A stretch of DNA of 64,000 bases from Pseudomonadota bacterium (GTDB lineage Bacteria; Desulfobacterota; Desulfobulbia; Desulfobulbales; SURF-16): contig JAZDEG010000028.1 of assembly GCA_043809085.1 (NCBI GenBank), forward strand, positions 19,458 through 83,457, read 5' to 3'. A program made the translations under genes and the position numbers. The notes under the pieces were generated by a model. It was not told where the DNA came from and ran no database searches. It saw only the letters and a program-made list of their open reading frames with translations. Positions within the stretch are counted from its first letter, which is position 1, and every line of letters starts with the position of its first letter. Positions 16,768 through 26,765 of the stretch are shown here, piece by piece.

Positions 16768-18965
16768 CCTTCTTCAACCTTACTCACCACCGGAATGATC
16801 AACTGGTCATCAAGCTTGAGATTGTTGAAATCATGGGCAGTATTGTATTTGCGCACAAGCCAGGCAGGCAGATCAAATTCATCCGCGCAAAGTCTCCAAA
16901 TGTTATCGCCCGCCTTGATCCTGTAAAGCCGGGCGCTCTCGATCTTATATACGGCAAAAAAATCTTCTTCTATCTGCTTGTGGTACTCATACCGACTTTC
17001 TTCAAATTTTTCCGGGGTGACTTTGTCAAAAGAAAGTTTCAACTTCTGGCCGATCTTGATGGAATTCGCCGATCGCAAACCGTTGTTCCTTAGAATTGAA
17101 CGGGCTGACACATTCAACCAGCCCGCATAATGGCCGATTGTTTCTGCGGCTTCAACTTTTATGGTGCCTGTCAGGGCTCGTCCGTTTTTTCTCGTGACGT
17201 CTTCCACCTGCAGGTTGCCGGTGACAACCCTGGGATTCACCTCAGCACTGTCAAACGCCCCCTGGGGAAGTCGGGCAAGAATCGCCTGTCGCTCCAGTTG
17301 ACCGGCTTCTTCGGCCAGAACCGTTTCCGCTGCATGTCCCTCGGTGGAAACAGCCCCGTTCTCCTGGTCATCTGTTTCATCCATCTGCTTCGGCGCGGAA
17401 ATCACCTTTTTCTCAAACGCCGCCTGGATAATCGGGAAATCTTCTTCAGATTCTTTTGGCGGGACCTTTAAGGGTATGGACGCCAACTCTTCCGCAGCCC
17501 CGGACTCATTCACCGCCGCCGCCAGGACAACCGGAGATTGTTTTTTTGCCTCGGTCATCGCGACTTTCAGCGGTTTTGCAGTCAACTCCACAGGCGTGGC
17601 GGTCTTTCCACCTCTGTTTACAAGGGGAACGATCTTTTCCTCCCTGGAGGGAATACGCAGATTCTGGCCGATGACAATCACCTTGCTGGAACCAAGATCA
17701 TTGGCAGCGACCAGATCCTCCAGTTTCACTCCGTGCCTGTCGGCCACCGTGCCGGCGGTGTCACCTTTCCGAACCCGATAAAAACGGCTTGGCTTCTGCT
17801 TGTCGACCAGAATTTCCAAAGGCAGGTCAGAAGCAACCTGGACGCGGGGGCTCTTTTTACCGGGCAGACGCAGTCTATACCCCTTGGGCACATGTTTTCT
17901 CCCCTCAAACACCGGCGATCGCAAGGCGGGATTGAGCTCCTGCAATGTGGCCAGATCCACTTTGAAATGACGGGCAAGATTTTTCACCGGCGCATAATTG
18001 GACAGGGTCACCTCGAAATGGGAGACCGGATCATCCATTTTGATATCACCGAAATGTTTTTTATAATTTTTCGCCACTTCAACTGCGGCGATAAATTCCG
18101 AATAAAAATTTCTGGAGGCGAACCCGAAACGGCTGCCCTCATACTTCTCAAATATTTTTTGATAGCTGCCCATTTCGTTTTTGGCCCGCACCATGCCGGT
18201 GGTTCCGTGATTATAAGCGGTCAGCGCCAGGGGCCAGCTACCGAGTCTTTCATAGTTCCCCTTCAGGAAACGGGCAGCGGCGTGGGTCGCCCTTATGGGA
18301 TCACGCCTTTCATCCACCGTGTAATCAATGGTCATGAAACGCTTACCCGTGTCCCGGGTAAACTGCCAGATGCCGGCTGCGCCGACTTTTGAGTACGCCT
18401 TGTAATTGAAGGAGGATTCCACATGGGGCAGATAGGCCAAATCCTCGGGCAAGCCATAGCTTCTGAAAATCCTCTTGATCTCCGCGAGATAGGCGCCGGA
18501 ACGAACCACACCCTGGGCGAAATGATCCTTCAGACAGAGCTGGAAGCGGATTGCCTCTGCCGCATCGCGGAGCCGGCTCGGGGAGGATTTCGCACCAAAG
18601 AGCGCCAGGACCCTTGTTTCCTCGCCTGTTTTTGCTTTTCTTCCCCCGGCCAGAGAAAGCAGGATATCCTTGTATTTCGCCTTTGCTCTTTCCATCCGCT
18701 CCGTGTTTCTCCTGGTTGCGCCGTTCTGGTCACGGGGCTCAAGATCGATCACTTCATAAATAATGGACAGATCACGGTTATCATGAATAAGTCCCTTGGA
18801 GGTGGAATACTGTGCGTATACTTTTTTCCAGAAGGCGACATTCGCCTTCATGGAGTCGTGAACCGGAAAGAGGTTTCGATCTGTGGAAGACAACACAAAC
18901 GGGGGATCCATCCACAAAAAAAATATCATCATGGTCAGCAGAAAGCGTAACCTGTTTTTCGTCAT
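16764..18965 (-). CDS. mltD: Lytic murein transglycosylase, MltD-like (SLT catalytic domain plus several LysM repeats)
   Basis: SLT motif LPHVESSFNYKAYSKVGAAGIWQFTRDTG. LysM-like units YRVRKGDTAGTVADRHGVKLEDLVAANDL and YRIKAGDNIWRLCADEFDLPAWLVRKYN. N-terminal signal/anchor segment. Confidence 0.8.
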   Translation of the reverse strand: MTKNRLRFLLTMMIFFLWMDPPFVLSSTDRNLFPVHDSMKANVAFWKKVYAQYSTSKGLIHDNRDLSIIYEVIDLEPRDQNGATRRNTERMERAKAKYKDILLSLAGGRKAKTGEETRVLALFGAKSSPSRLRDAAEAIRFQLCLKDHFAQGVVRSGAYLAEIKRIFRSYGLPEDLAYLPHVESSFNYKAYSKVGAAGIWQFTRDTGKRFMTIDYTVDERRDPIRATHAAARFLKGNYERLGSWPLALTAYNHGTTGMVRAKNEMGSYQKIFEKYEGSRFGFASRNFYSEFIAAVEVAKNYKKHFGDIKMDDPVSHFEVTLSNYAPVKNLARHFKVDLATLQELNPALRSPVFEGRKHVPKGYRLRLPGKKSPRVQVASDLPLEILVDKQKPSRFYRVRKGDTAGTVADRHGVKLEDLVAANDLGSSKVIVIGQNLRIPSREEKIVPLVNRGGKTATPVELTAKPLKVAMTEAKKQSPVVLAAAVNESGAAEELASIPLKVPPKESEEDFPIIQAAFEKKVISAPKQMDETDDQENGAVSTEGHAAETVLAEEAGQLERQAILARLPQGAFDSAEVNPRVVTGNLQVEDVTRKNGRALTGTIKVEAAETIGHYAGWLNVSARSILRNNGLRSANSIKIGQKLKLSFDKVTPEKFEESRYEYHKQIEEDFFAVYKIESARLYRIKAGDNIWRLCADEFDLPAWLVRKYNTAHDFNNLKLDDQLIIPVVSKVEEG

Positions 18966-19069
18966 ACAATTGTCGTATCCTTAGAATTAAAAAATATAAA
19001 AATGAATCTCCCTCGCTACCGCGACAAACTCATCTTTATCATATTTGCGGGGCCGTCTCACCGAGTATT

Positions 19070-20281
19070 TTATTGCACGTCGCCAAAAGAGGACAGGGAG
19101 GCTTCTTCAGTTTTGAAATTATCCTGTGTCACCGTAACAATTTCAACTCCCGCCTCCCGCAAAAGGACCAGCGCCACCCCGTCTTTTCCCACCCCATCAG
19201 ATACGGCCAACTGATCCGGTTTGAAGGAAAGCAGCCATCTCCCGACGAGAAGTCCCTTTTTTTTCTCTTCCCGGACATGGGGGTTTTCGACGTATTCCCG
19301 CATTATTTTACTATCCTTTTTATTGATGGTCTCAAGGAGAAACCACGCCGCCGAACCAAGGTGGTCGGACAACTCCCCTGCCGGGCCGGTCACCGGCACA
19401 ACCCTTTTCACAACATTGCCGCTCGCGTAGTGAGGCCGGATCCGCGCCATGATCACCCGGGGAAAATGGACGGGTATATCTTCCTCCAATCGATCGGCCG
19501 CCTGATCCGCCAATTTATGGGAAGGGGTGTGCATGATGACATCCATATCAACAATGAACCTGCCGCCTGCGGTACGACTCAGGCATTTCTTCACCCTGGT
19601 CACCTGGGGGCATGTTTCCACCATCTGGATGATTTCCCGTTCGGTTTCCCGATCAATCGCTCCGTCAAGCAGATCCTTGACCGCCATCAGCAGAAGTTCA
19701 CCTCCGGCCCGGAAGACGAAAAGGGAAACCCCTGCGGCGGCCCAGCGGTCAAGGGGCCACCCCAGACTCGTGGCCACCAGTCCGATCAAAACAACCGCGG
19801 TGGAAAGACTGTCTGCCAGGTAATCCCGGGCATCGGCCTTGAGGGCGGGGGAATGCAGCCTTTCACCGGCCCGCATCTGCAGAAATCCGAAAATCAGGGC
19901 CACGGCGAGGCAGAAAACAGTCACGGGCAGGGCAATTGCCACGTCCGGCATCCTTTCAGGACCGAAAAGCGCCTGACGGCCGATCTCATAACCAGCGACA
20001 ATAACCGCGATGGCCGAAACAAGAGTGGCAACGGTTTCCGCCTTATAGAGTCCGTAGGGGAAAGAAGGATGCTCCCGGCCGGCCAGCCAGAGACCGAGAA
20101 AAGCGGCGGCTGAGGCAAAGACATCGGTACCGGAATGAATGGCATCGCCGAGCAGGGCGGAGCTGTTCGCCTTGACACCGGCAACCGCCTTGATCACCAT
20201 CAGAAAGATATTCAGGGCCACGGAAACGACAGCCCTGGTGCGGGCGGATTTGAGTTCGGAACGTATGGCTGTTGAGGACAT
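19070..20281 (-). CDS. Cation diffusion facilitator (CDF) transporter fused to a C-terminal NifX/NifB-like (Nitro_FeMo-Co type) domain
   Basis: CDF TM core (ALLGDAIHSGTDVFAS, YGLYKAETVATL) and cytoplasmic dimerisation domain. These are followed by ~110 aa, KRVVPVTGPAGELSDHLGSAAWFLLETIN...GKDGVALVLLREAGVEIVT, matching the pattern of the NifX/NifB C-terminal family. ATG at 20281; the listed ORF starts at TTG 20290. Confidence 0.8.
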   Translation of the reverse strand: MSSTAIRSELKSARTRAVVSVALNIFLMVIKAVAGVKANSSALLGDAIHSGTDVFASAAAFLGLWLAGREHPSFPYGLYKAETVATLVSAIAVIVAGYEIGRQALFGPERMPDVAIALPVTVFCLAVALIFGFLQMRAGERLHSPALKADARDYLADSLSTAVVLIGLVATSLGWPLDRWAAAGVSLFVFRAGGELLLMAVKDLLDGAIDRETEREIIQMVETCPQVTRVKKCLSRTAGGRFIVDMDVIMHTPSHKLADQAADRLEEDIPVHFPRVIMARIRPHYASGNVVKRVVPVTGPAGELSDHLGSAAWFLLETINKKDSKIMREYVENPHVREEKKKGLLVGRWLLSFKPDQLAVSDGVGKDGVALVLLREAGVEIVTVTQDNFKTEEASLSSFGDVQ

Positions 20282-20401
20282 GACGCGCAATTGATTGAAG
20301 AAGCATTGAACCGAGAACGGAAACGGAATAGGCCCGACATACAGAGCATCCGGGACTCCGCGGCAACGCAGTCGATCGGAATTTTACGACGCGTGCAGCA
20401 G

Positions 20402-20896
20402 TTACGGCATCAGGTAAAAACCGATGGTTTTCTCATAAAGAGGTTGATCACTATCACTAAACTCGGCGCCGATATATCCACTTTCCCCCACATGCCGAAT
20501 AACGACTTTTCGCTGGATATGAGACTGTTTCTTGTCATCCAGGGTAAAATCAACCATCAGCTCATCCCCGAGTTTCAGGTCGTGAACGAGGTCGATACGC
20601 AATCCGATGCCGCCCATGGAAATATTGACAATGATACAGTTTGACTTGTTCTTGTCCAGGGACAATTTGCCATCGACTGTTTTTTTGCAGAAAACCCCTT
20701 TAAGATCGGTTGTCTTCCGGTATTTTTTGCGGAAATTGAGATCAACCTGAAAGGTTTCCCTGCAGGCGCATTTTACCTGCAGGGAATGTTTCTTGTTTTT
20801 AAACTGGAGCACGGAAACATGCTTCATCTTCCCGCAATGCGGGCAGTGAAAAAGAGCCATATTTTCCTGATTGACAAAAACTTCCGCCTTCCTCAT
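20402..20896 (-). CDS. PilZ domain protein with N-terminal Cys4 zinc-ribbon-like element
   Basis: CPHCGKM...x21...CAC at the N-terminus. PilZ signatures RKKYRK and NISMGGIGLRI. ATG at 20896. Confidence 0.7.
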   Translation of the reverse strand: MRKAEVFVNQENMALFHCPHCGKMKHVSVLQFKNKKHSLQVKCACRETFQVDLNFRKKYRKTTDLKGVFCKKTVDGKLSLDKNKSNCIIVNISMGGIGLRIDLVHDLKLGDELMVDFTLDDKKQSHIQRKVVIRHVGESGYIGAEFSDSDQPLYEKTIGFYLMP

Positions 20897-21140
20897 ACGA
20901 CACGTTCCCCCCCGGAACAAACCATAACAAACTCACCCCTCTTTAATCCGATGCAAGAGCGAATTTTTTTCTTGTCACACTAGGTAAATATACTACACCA
21001 TATTGCCATCGTCGACCCATGTAAACTTTTTTTGTCTTTTTTTCCAGGCTTTCTTGCTCCCTCCTCAAACAAGTGCTAAACAAGAGCTATCATTTCATTC
21101 GCTAAAAAATAGAGAAAACCGCTTTTCAAAAAACCACAAA

Positions 21141-21635
21141 ATGCCCGAAACTTACTCACCCATCGTCGCCACCCTTGGTTTTGTCCTTTCCCCGAACCGG
21201 GAACAAACCCTGCTTATCCATCGTAATGCCCGAAAAGACGATCAGCATCTCGGCAAATACAACGGACTGGGCGGCAAAATGAGGACGGACGAAGATGTGG
21301 CTGGATGCATGCGCAGGGAAATCAGGGAAGAGGCCGGGATTGAATGCACGGAAATGACCCTGCGGGGCACCGTCAACTGGCCAAATTTCGGCAAAAACGG
21401 TGAGGATTGGCTTGGATTTATCTTTCGCATCGACCGCTTCAGCGGCACTCCTTTTACCGAGAACAAGGAAGGAACGCTGAGCTGGCGGCCTGTTGCATTA
21501 TTGCATACCTTACCCATGTGGCCCGGTGACCGCCACTTTCTGCCCCTGGTTTTTGATGACAACCCAGCCATTTTCCACGGCTTCATGCCTTACCGTGACG
21601 GACAGCCGGTGAGCTGGCATTTTGAAAGGTTTTGA
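21141..21635 (+). CDS. NUDIX hydrolase
   Basis: Nudix box GGKMRTDEDVAGCMRREIREEAGI (Gx5Ex7REUxEExGU). ATG at 21141; the upstream part of the listed ORF looks non-coding. Confidence 0.85.
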   Translation: MPETYSPIVATLGFVLSPNREQTLLIHRNARKDDQHLGKYNGLGGKMRTDEDVAGCMRREIREEAGIECTEMTLRGTVNWPNFGKNGEDWLGFIFRIDRFSGTPFTENKEGTLSWRPVALLHTLPMWPGDRHFLPLVFDDNPAIFHGFMPYRDGQPVSWHFERF

Positions 21636-21666
21636 AATGTTCCCCGGACCGGGGAAGAAACCCTTA

Positions 21667-22065
21667 TCAGCCACAGTCGGCGGCATTATTCGGATCATAG
21701 GTATTGGCGCCGTTGCGGTAAAGATAGTCGTTCAGCAGGAGCTGATCATTTAATGTCAGGTTGCCCCACGAACCATCCCTGGCACAGGCGGGATATCTTT
21801 TAAAAAAGACCCGGTTCCAGGCCTTCGGGCTTTTTGATTCGGAATAAAGAAACGGAGCCCCCTTGTCATTGCCCCTGATATGGCATGTTTTACAGTTATT
21901 CTGAAAAATCTTCGCCCCCTTTCCCCACCACATACTGTCAAATCCGAAAATCCGGCAGGTCTGCGTGGTCGGATCAAATCTTTTTACCGGGCCGGCATAA
22001 CAGGCATCAGACCCGAACAGAAAAACAGCAAACAATAACACAGCAACGCTCCCAAACATTCTCAT
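21667..22065 (-). CDS. Small secreted mono-haem c-type cytochrome-like protein
   Basis: Signal peptide MRMFGSVAVLLFAVFLFGSDACYA. A single CxxCH haem-binding motif (CKTCH). An AGGAGG RBS precedes the ATG at 22065. Confidence 0.6.
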   Translation of the reverse strand: MRMFGSVAVLLFAVFLFGSDACYAGPVKRFDPTTQTCRIFGFDSMWWGKGAKIFQNNCKTCHIRGNDKGAPFLYSESKSPKAWNRVFFKRYPACARDGSWGNLTLNDQLLLNDYLYRNGANTYDPNNAADCG

Positions 22066-22279
22066 ACCGCACCTCCTGAATTTCCCCCCTGTTGCACCAG
22101 CACGACCTGTGCCACATTGTAACAGACACCAAAAGGGGAATTTTGTTCATTTTATATCGATTTTGAAATAATAGCGCCTCGATGGACAAAATTGCTTGTT
22201 TCTTTTCAGGATATTTTGTTAAAAACACAAAAATTCAATTTCATAAAAAATACATTTTCCCGCGAACATACAAGCCGAC

Positions 22280-23974
22280 ATGTCCAACAATAAAACATTG
22301 CCCGGTAACACCCTGAATACCCTCGTTGAGGAGAGCTGTTCTCGTTTTGCCGTACAGCCTGCTCTCAGCCTCGCCTTTCAGAATCCGATGACCTATGGCG
22401 AATTTTTTGACAGGATCATTCGGGTAGCCGCGCTGCTTAAAGAAGCGGGAATCCGCAAAAAGGACAAAGTGGCCATCCTTGGCGAGAACTCTCCCAACTG
22501 GGCTATCGCTTACCTCGGCGTCATCCGGCTCGGAGCCATCGCCGTACCCATACTGCCCGATTTTCCCGAATCGGACGTGCGTCACATCCTCACCGATGCA
22601 AAGGCAAAAATTCTCTTCACCACCCAGCGGCAGATTGAAAAAATCTACGAATTGGGAAGCAGCAAAATAAACTCCATCATCATGCTGGACGACAGCCCGC
22701 CGGAAAAACACCTGGGCCAGATCGAGACATTTTCCTCTTTTATGGCCAAATCGACTCAACTGCCGCCGAAAAAACTGGAAGTTGCGGCCAGGGATTCCTC
22801 CGTCTCAAGCGATGAAATCTGCGCCATTATCTATACATCCGGCACATCGGGCCATTCTAAGGCTGTCATGCTGAGCCACGGCAACCTCTACGCCAATGTC
22901 ACTTCCGCCAACCAGCTGATCAGGATCATGCCTGACTGGACTTTTCTTTCCATTCTGCCCATGTCCCACACCTATGAATTCACCATCGGCTTTCTCCTGC
23001 CCCTCTTAAACGGCTGCCGCATTGTTTACGCAGGCAAAGCCCCCACTCCGACAACCCTGCAGCGCATCTGCCACAAGGAACAGCCGTCCGTCATCTGCAT
23101 GGTGCCGATGATTATGGAGAAAATTTACAAAAAAAGGGTAATGACCGCAATCGACCAGAGCACCCTGCTCAAACTCGCCACGAAAATCCCTGCTGTACGC
23201 CAAAAGATATACCGCAAAATCGGCAAAAAACTGCTCGACTTTTTCGGCGGCAATCTTAAACTCATCGCCATCGGCGGCGCGGCCATCAATCACGAAACGG
23301 AAAGTTTTTTGAAAGAGGCGCAATTTCCCTACCTGATCGGCTACGGTCTCACCGAAACATCGCCGCTGCTTGCCGGCGGACCTTTCATGGATCCGACGCT
23401 TGTCATCGGTTGCACCGGGAAACCGGTGCCGGAAGTGGAGATCAGGATTGAGCATCCTGATCCGGATACCGGCATCGGAGAAATTAGGGCCAGGGGGCCC
23501 AACGTCATGCAAGGCTACGCCAATCACCCGGAACTGACCGCCGAGACCATTGATTCCGGTGGGTGGCTTGCCACCGGCGATCTGGGCCGCTTTGACAGTT
23601 TCGGCAATCTTCACATCATGGGCCGCTCCAAGAGCGTCATTGTCCTGAGCAACGGGGAAAATATCTACCCCGAGGCCATTGAGGAAAAAATAAACTCCTT
23701 CATGCATGTCATCGAGTCCCTGGTGGTGGAAAATCATGACCATCTGGAGGCGCGGGTCTATCTCGATTATGACCTGATCGACCAGAAAACAAAAAACAAG
23801 ACGCATCCTCAGAAAATGGAATATATCGAACATCTGCTGAAGGAAATACAGCAAAACGTCAACAGCCAGCTGGCAGCTTATTCAAAGATACAGAAAATAA
23901 TTGAGCGACAGGAACCTTTTATCAAGACGGCTACCCACAAAATCAAACGCTATCTTTACACCGATGGAAACTAA
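22280..23974 (+). CDS. Long-chain fatty acid--CoA ligase (AMP-binding/ANL superfamily, FadD-like)
   Basis: AMP-binding motif IYTSGTSGHSKAVMLSHGNL, plus GYGLTETSP and WLATGDLG. It lies next to a FadL-like porin gene. Confidence 0.85.
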   Translation: MSNNKTLPGNTLNTLVEESCSRFAVQPALSLAFQNPMTYGEFFDRIIRVAALLKEAGIRKKDKVAILGENSPNWAIAYLGVIRLGAIAVPILPDFPESDVRHILTDAKAKILFTTQRQIEKIYELGSSKINSIIMLDDSPPEKHLGQIETFSSFMAKSTQLPPKKLEVAARDSSVSSDEICAIIYTSGTSGHSKAVMLSHGNLYANVTSANQLIRIMPDWTFLSILPMSHTYEFTIGFLLPLLNGCRIVYAGKAPTPTTLQRICHKEQPSVICMVPMIMEKIYKKRVMTAIDQSTLLKLATKIPAVRQKIYRKIGKKLLDFFGGNLKLIAIGGAAINHETESFLKEAQFPYLIGYGLTETSPLLAGGPFMDPTLVIGCTGKPVPEVEIRIEHPDPDTGIGEIRARGPNVMQGYANHPELTAETIDSGGWLATGDLGRFDSFGNLHIMGRSKSVIVLSNGENIYPEAIEEKINSFMHVIESLVVENHDHLEARVYLDYDLIDQKTKNKTHPQKMEYIEHLLKEIQQNVNSQLAAYSKIQKIIERQEPFIKTATHKIKRYLYTDGN

Positions 23975-24094
23975 ACCAGCATGGCTGGACCAAGTCGGCC
24001 AGCCTCAACGAAGCATGAAAGTCCCGAGCTTCGGCATGGGAACCACGCTGCTCCGCCCGGAGACTTTCATATAAAACGAGAAAAGGAAGAAGAG

Positions 24095-25378
24095 ATGAAA
24101 AAGAAAATCGCACTGCTGACAGCCCTGGGAATTTTTACCGCCGGCACCGCCTGTGCTTCCGGATACCGTATTCCGGAGCAGTCCATCAACTCGGTTGCCC
24201 TGAGCAACGCCTATATCGCCCACACCGAGGGACCCGACACCGCCTATTACAATCCGGCCAACATGGGCTGGCAGGAAGACAGATGGCAGCTTGAGGCAAG
24301 TGTCAGCTACATCAATCTGCCCCATATCGACTATACCGCCGCGAACAACAACAGCGCACTGGATGGTTCATCAAAAACCGAAAACCTCTTCATTCCCATG
24401 TTCCACCTGGTCTCCCCTGAAAAGAACAATTTCCGCTTCGGCTTCTCCTTTGTCGTTCCCTATGGCCTGTCAAAAAGATGGGATGATGCCTTTCAGAAAA
24501 GATCGGCCGAGGAGTTCACCTTGAATGTTTTCGAGGCCAATCCCTCCATTTCCTACACATTCTGCGACCGCTTCTCGGTGGCCGCCGGCGCTCGCATCCT
24601 GCACACCACCAACAACACTGTCAAAAACGACGGCACACTTAACGGCATAGACCTGCGTAGCGACATGGATGGCGACTCCACCGACCTTGGCTACAATCTG
24701 GCCATGACGGTGAAACCGACCCCGGAATGGGCCATTGCCGCCACCTATCGCTCCCGGGTGGTGCAGAGTCTGAGCGGTGATGCCGTTCTTTATACCAATA
24801 TTCCCTCCCCCCCATACCCTTACGCAACCAGCGACACATACAGAGGCGGGGTCACCCTTGATGTGGTCACCCCGGCGGTGCTGACCCTGAGCACCTCCTA
24901 TACCTTTGACAAAACCACGGTGGAGCTGACCTGGGACAAAACATACTGGTCGAAATATGACCATCTCGATTTCAATTTTGACAACACATTAAGTGTGGAT
25001 CCTTTAGCCAATGGGGTTCTTACCTCAGCATTTAACGATCCAAAGAACAAAGACTGGAGCAATTCCAACGCCTACCGCATCGGCGTTACCCACAAATGCA
25101 CCGATCAGCTGACCGCCATGGCAGGTTTTGCCTATGATGAAAACCCGGTGCCTAACTCCAACCTGGGCTTTGAGCTGCCGGATTCCGATGCCCTGCTTTA
25201 TTCCTTTGGCGTAAAATATCAGCTCAACGCTGATATGGAAGTAGGCGGGGCGTACCTCTATGATTATAAAAAGACGCGAAAAATTGACGCCCAGGACGCC
25301 AATATCAACGGCATCAACGGCGAGTTCGAAAACGGCGGCGCCCACGTGCTGACCATGGGACTCATATACAAGTTCTAG
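24095..25378 (+). CDS. Outer-membrane long-chain fatty acid/hydrophobic compound transporter (OMPP1/FadL/TodX family)
   Basis: Signal peptide MKKKIALLTALGIFTAGTACA. N-terminal hatch motif SGYRIPEQSINSVALSNAYIAH...AYYNPANMG. Beta-barrel-like alternating pattern ending in ...GLIYKF. ATG at 24095. Confidence 0.8.
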   Translation: MKKKIALLTALGIFTAGTACASGYRIPEQSINSVALSNAYIAHTEGPDTAYYNPANMGWQEDRWQLEASVSYINLPHIDYTAANNNSALDGSSKTENLFIPMFHLVSPEKNNFRFGFSFVVPYGLSKRWDDAFQKRSAEEFTLNVFEANPSISYTFCDRFSVAAGARILHTTNNTVKNDGTLNGIDLRSDMDGDSTDLGYNLAMTVKPTPEWAIAATYRSRVVQSLSGDAVLYTNIPSPPYPYATSDTYRGGVTLDVVTPAVLTLSTSYTFDKTTVELTWDKTYWSKYDHLDFNFDNTLSVDPLANGVLTSAFNDPKNKDWSNSNAYRIGVTHKCTDQLTAMAGFAYDENPVPNSNLGFELPDSDALLYSFGVKYQLNADMEVGGAYLYDYKKTRKIDAQDANINGINGEFENGGAHVLTMGLIYKF

Positions 25379-25455
25379 CCCTTGATGGAATTAGGTTGAC
25401 TATTTCCTGAAATTGTTTTTTGATTGAGCTTCAAAAAAATGTTTCAGTTTATGGA

Positions 25456-25488
25456 GCAGGAACGGTGAATCGCCGTTCCTGCTTTTTT
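25456..25488 (+). terminator. Rho-independent terminator after the fadD-like/fadL-like pair
   Basis: A 10-bp GC-rich stem (gcaggaacgg 25456-25465 / ccgttcctgc 25473-25482) followed by TTTTTT. Confidence 0.7.
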
Positions 25489-25574
25489 ACTTTCGCAACT
25501 GCAAAGAACACTTTACCTGAAAACGGGAAACCTGAACCTGATGGCTGCTCCGTCCGCCATCAACCATAACCTTT

Positions 25575-26765
25575 ATGTCGGAAACAACTCATTTAGACTC
25601 CGGAGACGTCCACATCGTCGATCATGCCGGCCGTCGGTTCATCCTAGTGGGCACGGCCCATGTTTCCCGTAAATCCGTTGACCTGGTCCATCAGGTCATC
25701 GAACGAGAAAGGCCGGATTGCGTCTGCGTGGAACTGGATGCCAAAAGATACGAGTCACTGTCGGAAAAAAAACGGTGGCGGACCCTTGATCTGAAGCAGA
25801 TCATTCGCAATAAACAGCTCAGCACCCTGATGATCAACCTGGTGCTGGCCTCCTACCAGAAAAAGCTGGGGGACCAGCTCGGCGTCATGCCGGGTTCGGA
25901 ACTGCTGGAAGCCGCCAATACCGCCCAGGCCCTGAACATTCCCCTTTCCCTCTGCGACCGGGACGTGCGGGTCACCATGCGCCGGGCCTGGAAATCCACC
26001 TCTTTTTTCAAAAAAGGGTATCTGGTGGCAAGCCTCGCTGCCTCACTTTTTGAAGAGACGGAAATAACCGAGGAAAAATTAAACGAGCTGAAGGAAACCG
26101 ATGTCCTCTCAGAACTCATGGCCGAATTGGGGAAAGCCTTGCCGGAACTGAAAACCGTGCTCATTGATGAGCGGGATACCTTTCTCGCTGAAAAGATAAA
26201 ACGGGCCAAAGGGGAAAGAATCGTTGCCGTGGTCGGCGCAGGCCACATCAGCGGGGTGAAACAGGCTTTGCTTGAAGACCGCAGCCACTGGATGGAGGAG
26301 ATCAACACCATACCCCCGGTGTCGACGGTCTGGAAAGCGGTGGGTTGGCTCATTCCGGCAATCATCATCGGCTCACTCTGCCTGATCGGCTACACGAAAG
26401 GGGCCGCGGTGGCCGGGGACAACCTGATCTACTGGATTCTTGCCAACGGCATCCCCTCCTCTCTTGGAGCAATGCTTGCCCTGGCCCATCCGCTGACCAT
26501 TCTTTCCGCGTTCATTGCCGCCCCCATAACAAGCCTCACTCCGGTTATCGGCGCAGGCTATGTGACCGCCTTTGTCCAGGCCATGATGCAACCTCCACTT
26601 GTCCATGAATTTGAATCGGTGCTGGAAGACATGTCTTCCTTCCGCCGCTGGTGGAGCAACAGGCTGCTCAAGATCTTCCTGGCTTTCATGCTCCCCGGGT
26701 TCGGCAGTATGATCGGCACCTGGGTGGGCGGCATCGAAATAATCTCCAACCTGACGAAACCCTGA
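25575..26765 (+). CDS. TraB/GumN family protein with C-terminal membrane domain
   Basis: FILVGTAHVSRKSVDLVHQVIERERPDCVCVELD and VAVVGAGHISGV are TraB-family motifs. The C-terminal ~130 aa form several TM helices. Confidence 0.75.
   Translation: MSETTHLDSGDVHIVDHAGRRFILVGTAHVSRKSVDLVHQVIERERPDCVCVELDAKRYESLSEKKRWRTLDLKQIIRNKQLSTLMINLVLASYQKKLGDQLGVMPGSELLEAANTAQALNIPLSLCDRDVRVTMRRAWKSTSFFKKGYLVASLAASLFEETEITEEKLNELKETDVLSELMAELGKALPELKTVLIDERDTFLAEKIKRAKGERIVAVVGAGHISGVKQALLEDRSHWMEEINTIPPVSTVWKAVGWLIPAIIIGSLCLIGYTKGAAVAGDNLIYWILANGIPSSLGAMLALAHPLTILSAFIAAPITSLTPVIGAGYVTAFVQAMMQPPLVHEFESVLEDMSSFRRWWSNRLLKIFLAFMLPGFGSMIGTWVGGIEIISNLTKP

Noticed and set aside
21640-21656. The palindrome TTCCCCGGACCGGGGAA between the convergent NUDIX and cytochrome c genes, considered as a bidirectional terminator.
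   Set aside because: The stem is short and has no flanking U/A tracts. It may still pause transcription, but it does not meet intrinsic-terminator criteria.
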